The notes below the pieces were generated by a model. That model saw only the letters and a program-made list of their open reading frames with translations, was not told the DNA's origin and made no database searches. 64,000 nt of DNA from positions 6,184-70,183 of the forward strand of contig CAKTTL010000002.1 in assembly GCA_934615235.1 (NCBI GenBank), in the 5' to 3' direction. Origin of the DNA: an uncultured Clostridia bacterium (GTDB lineage Bacteria > Bacillota > Clostridia > Christensenellales > Aristaeellaceae). This document shows positions 38,406 to 47,949 of this stretch, one piece after another. The position numbers and the translations under genes were made by a program. Numbering within the stretch: the stretch's first letter is position 1; each line of letters begins with the position of its first letter.

Positions 38406-39653
38406 TTATTTTTCTCGAAAATGTTTAGGGGAAAACCCGGTCATCCTTTTTACGAAACGATTGAAAGTTGATCGGCATTCAAAGCCTCCAATTTCGCTGA
38501 TCTCATCTAAGGTTAACTGTGGATTTTTCATTAGCTCTATCAGCGACTTAATTTTGCAATCGGCAATATAGTTGGACAAGTTCATCCCCATATGCTTGAG
38601 AAAAAGACGCGACAGGTATGAAGCGTTGTAGCCAGCCACTTTGGCTAAGGTTTCTAACCGCACATCGCCAAAGAGGTTTTTCTGAATGTATTCAGTTACA
38701 GGCTTTAGAATATATTTCGAGTATGAAGGCGGTGAATCAGATTGCAGTTCATGAACATAGGAAGATTCTACATCTGAGACATTGTAGTGCTTCATTCGTT
38801 CAAGCTGTGCATAAAAGCCTCCATCTTCGCGAATGGATGGTGAAAACAGACAAACTGTCGTATAGCCAGACATTTCAGAGAATTGCTCCACAACGCTGCT
38901 CAACACATCCTGGATGGAATGTATTTCAAATTCCTTTTTCAACTGTAAAATCCCCCAGAAACGTTCCTCTGCCATTGTAAAGCATCGAAAAGCTGAAACG
39001 CTTTTCATATGCCTATCACACAGTTTCTTTAATTGCTTTGATGTTTGCTCACTATAAGTATATTGAGGCGACTGAAGATAAAACAGACAAACCGGATCAT
39101 CAACTTCGGCACACTGCAGGGCTCTCAAGGCATCTCGATAGCTGCGTGGATCTCTGGCATAGCTGCCACGAATCAGATTTCTCATGGTTTCTTGTAGCAG
39201 ACATTCAACCTGCTCGTCTGCTGAATTCTGCGCAGTCAGTAAGTGTTCAATATCCTGCATTTGAGAATCCAGCATGTGCAATGCGCGTAAAATCTCACTT
39301 ATGAGCATTTCATCACTTTCTGATTTTAGCACGTAGGCGAATACGTCTTCCTGAATCGCAGAACGGGCATAGCTAAAATCGGCGTGAGCTGTTAAAATGA
39401 TTGTTTTGCACTCTTGCCAACGCTGACGGACGATGTGGGTGAGCTGCAGACCATCCAATTTTGGCATTTGAATGTCAGTAATTAAAATATCAATTCGCCT
39501 TCTGCGCATTACAGCCAACGCGGCAATAACAGAATTTGCTTGAAAAATTTCCAGTTCATAGGGAATGTGTTCCTCCAGAAGTAGTGGAATGGTTTGAAGA
39601 ACATGGGGCTCGTCATCGACAATCAGAACCTGATATATCTGTTTTTCACTCAT
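38406..39653 (-). CDS. Two-component response regulator, REC + AraC-type HTH (YesN-like), cassette 1
   Basis: VLIVDDEPHVL..DILITDIQMPKLDGL receiver plus a C-terminal AraC HTH (..GYNASYLSRLFLKHMG..). Confidence 0.88.
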   Translation of the reverse strand: MSEKQIYQVLIVDDEPHVLQTIPLLLEEHIPYELEIFQANSVIAALAVMRRRRIDILITDIQMPKLDGLQLTHIVRQRWQECKTIILTAHADFSYARSAIQEDVFAYVLKSESDEMLISEILRALHMLDSQMQDIEHLLTAQNSADEQVECLLQETMRNLIRGSYARDPRSYRDALRALQCAEVDDPVCLFYLQSPQYTYSEQTSKQLKKLCDRHMKSVSAFRCFTMAEERFWGILQLKKEFEIHSIQDVLSSVVEQFSEMSGYTTVCLFSPSIREDGGFYAQLERMKHYNVSDVESSYVHELQSDSPPSYSKYILKPVTEYIQKNLFGDVRLETLAKVAGYNASYLSRLFLKHMGMNLSNYIADCKIKSLIELMKNPQLTLDEISEIGGFECRSTFNRFVKRMTGFSPKHFREK

Positions 39654-41343
39654 TAGTTATTTCTCCTCGATTAGATAGTCTAAGTTCTACGCAAAGTCCG
39701 CCAAGAACGCTTCTGGAAAGTGTCATGCCGGCTGATTGATCATAAAACAGCACCAATCTGCGTCGGATGTTATATAAGGCCGTTATGTTGTCGGTTGTAC
39801 GTTCAGTTGTTGATTTCTGCATTTCCCAGAGTTTTTCATCATCCAACGAAGTTCCGTTATCTTCAATGCGAATAACAAGCTGTTCACCTTCCGTTTCGAA
39901 AGTGGTTCTGATCAATAACCTCTCCTGATCGTGCATTGCATAAGAAATGGCGTTTTCATAGATGGGCTGTATGATCAAACGTGGTACAATAATCCGACTC
40001 CACTTTTCGGGAATAGGTGCTTGCTCTTGAACCAGCTTTGCGCCAAAGCGCATGGCCTGAATGGCCAGATAGTTTTTTGCATGCTCGTATTCATCGTTCA
40101 GTGGAACCTCCATTTCTCCGGTGGAGGACAGGTATTTAAAATAATCTCCTAGATGCTGACTAAGAATCATGGCATGCTCTGTGTCCTCGTAGGCGATCAT
40201 GTGCCGCAGCAGATATAAAGTATTAAAGAGAAAATGCGGATGAATTTGTGCTTGTAGATGCTTCAATTCCAGTTTGCTGGTATATATTTCATACTTATAA
40301 TTACTGTTGATGAGCCTTTCGATTTGTTGCATTGTAAAATTCAAACCGTCAAACAGCTGGTTAAATTCCCTAGCAACGGGTTTAGAGGTGATTCGCTGAG
40401 TCATATCGCCTTTTTGCATTGCTTCCATGGCCTTCACCAGCTTTTTAACAGGGAAAACGATGGTTTTCCGAAGGCTTCTAAAACATAAAATAATAAGCGG
40501 AACGCATAACACTAGAAAAAGCATAAGCGTTAGTAGCTGCTTTCGCTCTTCTGTGAACACTTCATTGGCGATTAGGTATTTATTTAAATCGCTGTTCAGA
40601 ATATCCGAATGAACGGAGACTACTTCGTAGGCCTTACGTTGGACATTTGCCAAATTGCATTGGCGCTGATTGGATAGCAAAACCATTCCGTTACCATAAT
40701 CCATCATAGTAGGTTGATCTGAACACGGTTCCACGGATAACATAGCTGTCAATTCCGCGATATCCAGGTGCGCAATCATCATAATTTGCGGGGCATGCCC
40801 GGGAAAAAGCAGTATTAGAAAAAAATCATTTTTTTCCTGATCATAATTCAAGACTTCGGGAATGGCCTGATTCAAAATGATGTCGTAGTCGCTTGCCGAT
40901 ACGCTGCGTAAACCTGCCTTGGAGGAAATGCTTTTTTCGTGCGTAACATAATAGACCTCCAGGCTTTTTACCATGGAGTTTTGAATACAAAAATTCTGTA
41001 AAGTCGTACTGATGCGTCGTACTGTCAAATAGTATTCACGACGGCTGTAATGGTCGTAATAGCCATAAAAGCTGATTAAATCCGCATTAATGTTGGCGTT
41101 GCTCAATAACTGGCGCAGGTTGAATTGAATGGATGCGATTTCCTTTTCTAGCATTTTTTTTGTAAATTGCATTCCTTGTTCCACAAGTGCGACAGTATTA
41201 CTGTGCAGCTTATTGATAGAAGTGTGAATCGTCATTCCTCCGAAAAAAAGGATTGGAAGAACCACAGCAAAAAATAAAGCGATAATCCTGGACGATACGC
41301 TGGGACGCGTTTGGGTCACTGCAAACACCACACATTTTTTCAT
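39646..41343 (-). CDS. Sensor histidine kinase (YesM-like: 2 TM + extracytoplasmic domain, HAMP, His_kinase/HATPase), cassette 1
   Basis: 565 aa with the LQAQIHPHFLFNTL phosphoacceptor box typical of the LytS/YehU-YesM class. Overlaps the RR gene by 8 nt. Confidence 0.88.
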   Translation of the reverse strand: MKKCVVFAVTQTRPSVSSRIIALFFAVVLPILFFGGMTIHTSINKLHSNTVALVEQGMQFTKKMLEKEIASIQFNLRQLLSNANINADLISFYGYYDHYSRREYYLTVRRISTTLQNFCIQNSMVKSLEVYYVTHEKSISSKAGLRSVSASDYDIILNQAIPEVLNYDQEKNDFFLILLFPGHAPQIMMIAHLDIAELTAMLSVEPCSDQPTMMDYGNGMVLLSNQRQCNLANVQRKAYEVVSVHSDILNSDLNKYLIANEVFTEERKQLLTLMLFLVLCVPLIILCFRSLRKTIVFPVKKLVKAMEAMQKGDMTQRITSKPVAREFNQLFDGLNFTMQQIERLINSNYKYEIYTSKLELKHLQAQIHPHFLFNTLYLLRHMIAYEDTEHAMILSQHLGDYFKYLSSTGEMEVPLNDEYEHAKNYLAIQAMRFGAKLVQEQAPIPEKWSRIIVPRLIIQPIYENAISYAMHDQERLLIRTTFETEGEQLVIRIEDNGTSLDDEKLWEMQKSTTERTTDNITALYNIRRRLVLFYDQSAGMTLSRSVLGGLCVELRLSNRGEITNE

Positions 41344-41604
41344 TTTCTACAGTGTATCATAAGCATTTTGAGAACGCAAACCCAATCCTAAAAGAAGAAT
41401 AAAGCAATAAATGTATATGGGCAAAGGGTTTTCCAGGGCATGGTAAACTTTTGCATTAAAAATGTAAAAATCTGCAAAAAACATGGCGGAAGGTGCCGAG
41501 TATATCAAAAAACGAAAAAAATTCTTGATTTTGCATCATTGAATAGTGACGATAAGTTATTATAATACATAGTACAAGGTAACCAAATAAAGGAGGTCTG
41601 TCTT

Positions 41605-43215
41605 ATGAAGAAACTACTCTCAATTCTTCTAACTGTGGTCATGGTTTTCTCTGTTTCCTCTGCTTTTGCGTATGAACGCGGCGAATACGAAGCAACACCC
41701 GTGCCAGTTACCATCACCAGTGCCAATATGCTGGATGTAACTCGTCAGTTTGACGAGAACAACCCTGACAAACGTAACATTAGCGAAAACCGTTGGGTTA
41801 CGGCCTATAAAGACTATCTGAATGTTGAGCTGCAGTACAAGTGGGTAGCGACTGACAGTGAGACCTCGGCTGCCAAGTGGAGCACGGCCATTGCCAGCAA
41901 TGATCTTCCTGATTTCGCTATGGTTGGGAATAATGAATATCAACTTTTGCTGGAATCTGGGCTGATTGCGGACTGCTCAGAAGCATGGGATAAGTACATT
42001 TGTCCCGAATATAAAGCGTTGCTGGACGATTCATCTATTGCACAGGTAACCTTTAATGGCAAAATGATGGGCTTCCCTTATCCGACGAAAGGATACATGG
42101 GTGCAAAAATGCTCTTCGTCCGTCAGGACTGGCTGGATCAGCTCGGCCTCGAATATCCACATACGCTGGAGGAGGTTATTGCCGTAGCCAAAGCTTTTAA
42201 GGAAGCAAAGCTTGGCGGTGACGATACCATGGCGCTTATGGTGTCGAATGAGGACGATGGGCATATTTCAGGCCTGATGAACGTGATGGGGGCATATTAC
42301 GATTATTGGGTTGAGGATGAAAACGGAAAAGTTGTCTGGAGCAATACTCAGCCTGCCATGCGCGAAGCGCTGCTGAAATTGCAGAACATGTATTCTGAAG
42401 GCCTAATCAATGAAGACTTTGCCGTTGTTACCACTGATTTGGCTAAGGAATATATTGCAGGCGGCAAAGCCGGTATTTTCTATGCCACAAGTTGGGATAC
42501 TACTATGTCTATTCAGGCACTGTACGATAATGATGAAAATGCTCATATTGTAAGCGACTATATTCATGGCATAAACGGCGAGGATGTGAAATTCCAGACC
42601 AATACCCCGATTGTTAGCAAAGTTTTCGTGAACGCCAAGTGCAGCGATGAACAGATCAAGATGATCGCTCAGATGATCAACCTCACTTTTGATCTGACGA
42701 ACTCTTCTGATTTGGAAACTTATCAGAATTATTCTATCGACTCGGATGGTCATATGTGGTTTAAGTATGTCCCCTTTGGTGACAAACCTGTTAGCACCAT
42801 CAACGATATGGCCGCTGCTTATGAGATACAGCTGGCTTATGAAGCAGGTGCTAAGACTTCGGATGACTATGAATGGGAATACACCGATGCAAAGGGCTGG
42901 TATGATTCCTATCTGGACGCGCTCAATGGCGGAAGTACCCCTGACTGGTACTATTTGACCTTTGGCAAGGGCGGCGTTTACACCCAGCTATATGATGCAT
43001 TCTTGCGTGGACTGCATCTTGCAAATGCCTATGTTGGCCTGCCAACTGCTACTCAGCAGATGATGGGAGATGTGCTTGACAGCCAGCTGAAGACGGCTAT
43101 GTTTGAAGTGATCATGGGTGCGGATATCTCTGCCTATGACGATGCCGTAAAAGTTTGGCTTTCCAGTGGTGGCCAGATGATTCTGGATGAGATCAACGAA
43201 GCGTTGGGAAAGTAA
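41605..43215 (+). CDS. Extracellular solute-binding protein, large LplA-like family-1 SBP, cassette 1
   Basis: 536 aa with an N-terminal signal peptide ending SSAFA (no lipobox Cys). Alignable end-to-end with the 536-aa SBP at 56258-57868. Confidence 0.85.
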   Translation: MKKLLSILLTVVMVFSVSSAFAYERGEYEATPVPVTITSANMLDVTRQFDENNPDKRNISENRWVTAYKDYLNVELQYKWVATDSETSAAKWSTAIASNDLPDFAMVGNNEYQLLLESGLIADCSEAWDKYICPEYKALLDDSSIAQVTFNGKMMGFPYPTKGYMGAKMLFVRQDWLDQLGLEYPHTLEEVIAVAKAFKEAKLGGDDTMALMVSNEDDGHISGLMNVMGAYYDYWVEDENGKVVWSNTQPAMREALLKLQNMYSEGLINEDFAVVTTDLAKEYIAGGKAGIFYATSWDTTMSIQALYDNDENAHIVSDYIHGINGEDVKFQTNTPIVSKVFVNAKCSDEQIKMIAQMINLTFDLTNSSDLETYQNYSIDSDGHMWFKYVPFGDKPVSTINDMAAAYEIQLAYEAGAKTSDDYEWEYTDAKGWYDSYLDALNGGSTPDWYYLTFGKGGVYTQLYDAFLRGLHLANAYVGLPTATQQMMGDVLDSQLKTAMFEVIMGADISAYDDAVKVWLSSGGQMILDEINEALGK

Positions 43216-43227
43216 GTATTGGTTTAA

Positions 43228-43266
43228 AGTGGCAGGCACGAATACTGCCTGCCACTTTGTTTTTTT
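43228..43266 (+). terminator. Stem-loop with T-run after SBP gene 1 (intra-operon attenuator/partial terminator)
   Basis: AGTGGCAGGCA...TGCCTGCCACT followed by TTGTTTTTTT. Confidence 0.6.
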
Positions 43267-43275
43267 GAAGAAAGG

Positions 43276-44196
43276 ATGGCGACCATGAAAGCACGATCCA
43301 CTACAAGGGGACAATGGAAACGAAATTTACCCCTACATTTGCTTTTGCTGATGCCGGTTATATTAACCTTTATTTATAAATACATCCCTATGGTAGGCGT
43401 TATCATGGCATTTGAGAACTATAAGCCTGCACAGGGTTTGCTCAAATCTAAGTGGGTCGGTTTGCGCAATTTCCAGTTTCTATTTATGATGCCTGGTTTT
43501 ACAACGGCCGTTTGGAATACGTTTATTATTGCTCTTGGAAAAATTATCTTGGGTATTGTGGTGCCTGTTACCTTTTCACTGATGCTCAACGACCTTAAAA
43601 GTCCTCTTCTCAAGCGGAGCATTCAGACTGTGATCTATATGCCACATTTCATTTCATGGGTTTTGATGGCAGGCATCGTTAACCGGTTACTGGCTCCCAA
43701 CGGGCTGGTGAATCAGTTCATAGTTGCATTGGGTGGAAAATCTAAAGTTTTTTTGGCGGATAAATCAATTTTTCGTCCTCTTCTGTGGATTACTGAAATC
43801 TGGAAAGAATTCGGTTATGGTACAATTGTCTATTTGGCAGCAATCTGCGCAATTGATACAACCTTGTATGAAGCTGCTGTTGTGGATGGTGCCGGCGCAT
43901 GGCAGCAAATGATTCATGTTACACTGCCAGGTCTGATTCCTACAATCATCCTGATGACGGTTTTGTCGTTGGGTAATATTCTGAATGCAGGCTTTGATCA
44001 AGTTTTTAACTTGTATTCTGAAATCGTATACAAGACAGGCGATATTATTGATACTTTTGTTTATCGTCTTGCTTTTAATAATGCACAGTTCAGTATATCT
44101 ACAGCGGCAGGTTTGTTTAAGTCCTGCATTTCGTGCGTAATGATCGTAGTGTCTTATATTATTTCTTACCGTGTCAGCGGATATCGCGTGTTTTAA
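43276..44196 (+). CDS. ABC transporter permease (LplB/CUT1-type), cassette 1
   Basis: 306-aa 6-TM protein with the EAA-loop region (..YEAAVVDGAGAWQQMIHVTLP..). Confidence 0.88.
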   Translation: MATMKARSTTRGQWKRNLPLHLLLLMPVILTFIYKYIPMVGVIMAFENYKPAQGLLKSKWVGLRNFQFLFMMPGFTTAVWNTFIIALGKIILGIVVPVTFSLMLNDLKSPLLKRSIQTVIYMPHFISWVLMAGIVNRLLAPNGLVNQFIVALGGKSKVFLADKSIFRPLLWITEIWKEFGYGTIVYLAAICAIDTTLYEAAVVDGAGAWQQMIHVTLPGLIPTIILMTVLSLGNILNAGFDQVFNLYSEIVYKTGDIIDTFVYRLAFNNAQFSISTAAGLFKSCISCVMIVVSYIISYRVSGYRVF

Positions 44197-44205
44197 GGAG
44201 AATGC

Positions 44206-45093
44206 ATGATGATACGCTATCAAAATAGTCTCTCCAGAAAATCTTTTGTAATTCTAAATCATTTTATGACGATCCTCATCTGCCTCATCTGCCTCTTGCC
44301 ACTTATCTATGTGCTGGCTATCTCGTTAAGCAGCAAAGAATATATTATAGCAGGCAAAGTAACCCTGTTTCCTAAAGGATTTACTTTGTCTAATTATCAA
44401 TATGTGATGAAGGATGCGCAGTTTTATACGTCATTTGGTGTTTCTGTATATCGAACGTTGCTTGCGGTTGTTGTGCAGATGGTAATGACTATTTGCGCAG
44501 CCTATCCACTATCTATCAGCAAGTACAAGTTCAGACAGCGCCCTCTTTATGCGTGGTATTTCATTATTACTATCATTTTCAATGGTGGCATGATTCCCAC
44601 CTATCTGGCTGTGAGTAATACAGGATTGCTTAATACAATTTGGGCTTTGATCATCCCCGAGGCAGTCCCTGTATTCAACATCATTCTATTGTCGAACTAT
44701 ATGAAGACTTTGCCCGATGCGCTAAGCGAATCCGCGTCACTGGATGGTGCAGGACATATTCGTATCATGCTGCAAATCATTTTGCCTCTCTGCATTCCTT
44801 CCCTGGCTACTCTTACCTTGTTTGTGATGGTAGGCGCATGGAATGAATGGTTTGCCGGTATGTTATATATCAACAATCCCAATCTTTTCCCGTTGCAAAC
44901 TTATTTGCGTGCTTTGATTGTGGAAGTTGATATAAATCAAATGAGTGATCTGAATTCTATGGCAAATCTTGTTGCAAGTGTTGGCGCAGACACCGCTAAA
45001 ATTTTCCTTGCAATGATTCCGATTCTGTGCGTATATCCGTTTTTGCAAAAGTATTTTGTGAACGGGTTGGTCGCAGGAAGCGTAAAAGAGTAA
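44206..45093 (+). CDS. ABC transporter permease (LplC/CUT1-type), cassette 1
   Basis: 295 aa with ..SASLDGAGHIRIMLQIILPL.. as the EAA loop. Confidence 0.88.
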   Translation: MMIRYQNSLSRKSFVILNHFMTILICLICLLPLIYVLAISLSSKEYIIAGKVTLFPKGFTLSNYQYVMKDAQFYTSFGVSVYRTLLAVVVQMVMTICAAYPLSISKYKFRQRPLYAWYFIITIIFNGGMIPTYLAVSNTGLLNTIWALIIPEAVPVFNIILLSNYMKTLPDALSESASLDGAGHIRIMLQIILPLCIPSLATLTLFVMVGAWNEWFAGMLYINNPNLFPLQTYLRALIVEVDINQMSDLNSMANLVASVGADTAKIFLAMIPILCVYPFLQKYFVNGLVAGSVKE

Positions 45094-45102
45094 AAAGGAG
45101 AA

Positions 45103-45840
45103 ATGATTATGGAACTGCGTTGCAAAAAAATTATTATTTCAGGCGGCGGAAGTGGTATCGGTCTTGGTATTGCTCGCAAATGCGTATCGCTTGGGGCGCA
45201 AGTGGTGCTTATGGGACGAACTGAGTCTAAATTACGCTGTGCCACAGATGAACTGGGCGAACGAGCCCATTATCATGTGCTGGATGTAAGTGATATTTCT
45301 GCCTTTTCGGCGGCAATCGATGCGGCGTGTACAATTATGGGAGGGGTGGACGGTTTGGTAAACAGTGCTGGCGCATGCGCCTATACCCATGAATGGGGAG
45401 CAGGAATGTTCGAGCAAACAGAGGATGAATGGGATAAAGTGATGGATACCAATGTAAAGGCCCCTTTTTTCCTTTCGCGTGCAGTACTAAGCTATATGAT
45501 GACCCATAAGGTAGCGGGAAACATTCTCAATGTTGTTTCAGAAGCAGCCTTTGTTCCAGCATCTGCCAGCTATGGCGCCAGCAAGCACGCGCTCCGCGCG
45601 CTGACCGCGGGACTTTCACAAGCCGCTATATGTTATGGTGTTGTGGTCAACGGCATTGCGCCCGGTACAACTGCAACGGATTTTGTTGATGTTTCCACAG
45701 AGCTTGCCATGCATCGCCAGGCGAATGGTCGTTTGGGAACAGTAGAAGAGATGGCAGAACTTGCTGCATTTCTTATGAGCCGTGAGGGTGAAAACATTAT
45801 TGGTCAAACGATTCTATCCTGTGGCGGAAGTACATTTTAA
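45103..45840 (+). CDS. Classical short-chain dehydrogenase/reductase (SDR)
   Basis: SGGGSGIGLG cofactor motif, NSAG, and catalytic S...YGASK (YxxxK). There is a 9-nt gap from the permease and a 12-nt gap to GRE1. Confidence 0.88.
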   Translation: MIMELRCKKIIISGGGSGIGLGIARKCVSLGAQVVLMGRTESKLRCATDELGERAHYHVLDVSDISAFSAAIDAACTIMGGVDGLVNSAGACAYTHEWGAGMFEQTEDEWDKVMDTNVKAPFFLSRAVLSYMMTHKVAGNILNVVSEAAFVPASASYGASKHALRALTAGLSQAAICYGVVVNGIAPGTTATDFVDVSTELAMHRQANGRLGTVEEMAELAAFLMSREGENIIGQTILSCGGSTF

Positions 45841-45852
45841 AGCGGAGGTTAT

Positions 45853-47949
45853 ATGATGATTAGATCCGAAGCAAGTCCACGAGTAAAACGTCTGTTTGAG
45901 ATGGTTCAGGAAAATCCAATGGTGCGTGGTGAACTGGATTACTATCATCCTGGACGGCAAAAATATTTGTTTCTGAAAGGCTGGATTGTGAACAATCAAG
46001 TTTTTTCAGTTCGCCTGCATCGGGCCTATGCAGAAGCATATGTGTTGGAACATATGCGACCTGTGATAGCCCACGACGAATTGATTGTTGGAACGCCTGA
46101 ACTGCAGAGCCTGACGTCGGCTGAACAGAAAGAAATGGAAAATCTGCAATGGGTTGAAAAAAGCATGCAGCGTTATAATGGCCGCCGGGGACACATGACG
46201 CTGGACTGGGCTAAACTGCTCAGATTGGGTGTAAATGGAATGCTGGAAGAGTTGCAGACTAAACGCGCAGCGTTAGATATCGAGAAAAACGAAGATCTCT
46301 CCAAGGATGAATTCTATGAGGGATGCATTGTGGAACTTACTGCCTTACTGGGACTCGCAAGACGCTATGCACAGGCAGCGCGAGAAATGGGAAAAGATGA
46401 TGTTGCGGATATTCTTGAACGTGTCCCGGCTCAGCCTGCTAAAACATTTCGCGAAGCACTTCAATCAATTCATTTTTATGTATTCACGCTCTGGGACCTA
46501 TACTTCTTTGGAAGAATAGATCAGTTCCTGATTGACTATTATCGTAAAGATATTGCAGATGGAATTTTAACACACGAGGAAGCGCAGGAACTTGTGGATT
46601 GTCTGATGCTTCTAACCGCGGAATACATCTCAGCAGATTCTGTGCAGGTATGTACCATTGGTGGGCGCGATCCTAAAGGAAATCCTGTAGATAATGAAGT
46701 AACGCATCTGTTTTTGCAGGCCTGTACCCATGCACCCGTTCAGACTGCGCAGATAGCCCTTTTGGTACGAAATGACACGCCACAGGAAACACTGCGTTTT
46801 GCAGTTGAGCAACTGGCACAAGGGTGTTCTCAACCGCAGTTGTATAATGATGATGTCATTACTCGTTCTATGCGAAGGTGGGGATTCCCAGAAGAGCAGT
46901 GTCATGATTATGGGAATTGTGGGTGTGTGGAAATTGTTCCCTGCAACTGTTCGGGCATTTTTACTGTAAGCCCCTATCATAATCTTGTTGCCATGCTGTT
47001 GGAAGCGCTTCATACAGAACCTGAGGATTATGAGACACTAAAAAAGCGTTTTGCAGAAATTGTTAACCGCGAAGTGCGAAAGGAGAACATTCGCGAACGC
47101 CGTGACCAAATGGAGCGAACCCGAAACGGAAATGAATGCCTGCGCGTATCCTGCCTGGTAAATGACTGCATTGCGCGTGGAATGTCCATTGATGAAGGCG
47201 GTGCACGTTATAATCATATACAGCCTAACTTTTTGGGTATGGCAAATGTGGTGGATGGACTGGTAGCAGTTAACCGGTTGGTGTATGAAAGCAAAGAGTA
47301 TACGCTTTCACAACTACTGGACATTCTGGATAGCAACTTTGAAAAAGATCCTTTGTTACGCATGCGTATTATACATAAACTTCCACACTTTGGCACCAAT
47401 GAACCGGAAACGGATGCATTAATGCATTGGCTTGGCGAAATACTTCTAGCCAGTTGTAAGGGGTTGACATCCTATCGGAATGAAGATCCTTGCGTACCGG
47501 GTGCTTTTTCCTACAAGGAGCATAGCCGTCATGGAAGTCGGACAGGCGCATCACCGGATGGGCGACTTGCAGGAATGGCTTTGGCAGCAGGTTCGAGTGC
47601 CGTTCAGGGAATGGAAACCGCTGGACCTACTGCTGCATTATGTTCAAACCTGGCTTGGGAACAGGAAGCTTTTCTTGGTGGCATTGCTAACAATTTGATG
47701 TTTTCTAAGAAGCAAATGAGTGGTGAGTCGCTTGAAAAAATGGTTGAATTGGTTAGACACTTTTTCGCACAAGGTGGCATGCAGCTTCAAATTAATATTA
47801 CTGATAGAGAAACGCTTCTGAAAGCACAGATTGAACCGGAAAAGTATCGCGACTTATTGGTTCGAATTGGTGGATTCAATGCTCGTTTTGTAGCCTGCGA
47901 ACCAGAACTTCAGCAAGAGATTATCGAACGTAATGAACATGTTATCTGA
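45853..47949 (+). CDS. Glycyl radical enzyme, PFL2/dehydratase-like class, unusually short (698 aa), substrate unknown (GRE1)
   Basis: C-terminal glycyl radical motif VRIGGFNARF (Gly674, nt 47872-47874). Thiyl loop G-C-V-E (Cys358, nt 46924-46926, and Glu360). GGARYN and SPDGR blocks present. Confidence 0.9.
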   Translation: MMIRSEASPRVKRLFEMVQENPMVRGELDYYHPGRQKYLFLKGWIVNNQVFSVRLHRAYAEAYVLEHMRPVIAHDELIVGTPELQSLTSAEQKEMENLQWVEKSMQRYNGRRGHMTLDWAKLLRLGVNGMLEELQTKRAALDIEKNEDLSKDEFYEGCIVELTALLGLARRYAQAAREMGKDDVADILERVPAQPAKTFREALQSIHFYVFTLWDLYFFGRIDQFLIDYYRKDIADGILTHEEAQELVDCLMLLTAEYISADSVQVCTIGGRDPKGNPVDNEVTHLFLQACTHAPVQTAQIALLVRNDTPQETLRFAVEQLAQGCSQPQLYNDDVITRSMRRWGFPEEQCHDYGNCGCVEIVPCNCSGIFTVSPYHNLVAMLLEALHTEPEDYETLKKRFAEIVNREVRKENIRERRDQMERTRNGNECLRVSCLVNDCIARGMSIDEGGARYNHIQPNFLGMANVVDGLVAVNRLVYESKEYTLSQLLDILDSNFEKDPLLRMRIIHKLPHFGTNEPETDALMHWLGEILLASCKGLTSYRNEDPCVPGAFSYKEHSRHGSRTGASPDGRLAGMALAAGSSAVQGMETAGPTAALCSNLAWEQEAFLGGIANNLMFSKKQMSGESLEKMVELVRHFFAQGGMQLQINITDRETLLKAQIEPEKYRDLLVRIGGFNARFVACEPELQQEIIERNEHVI

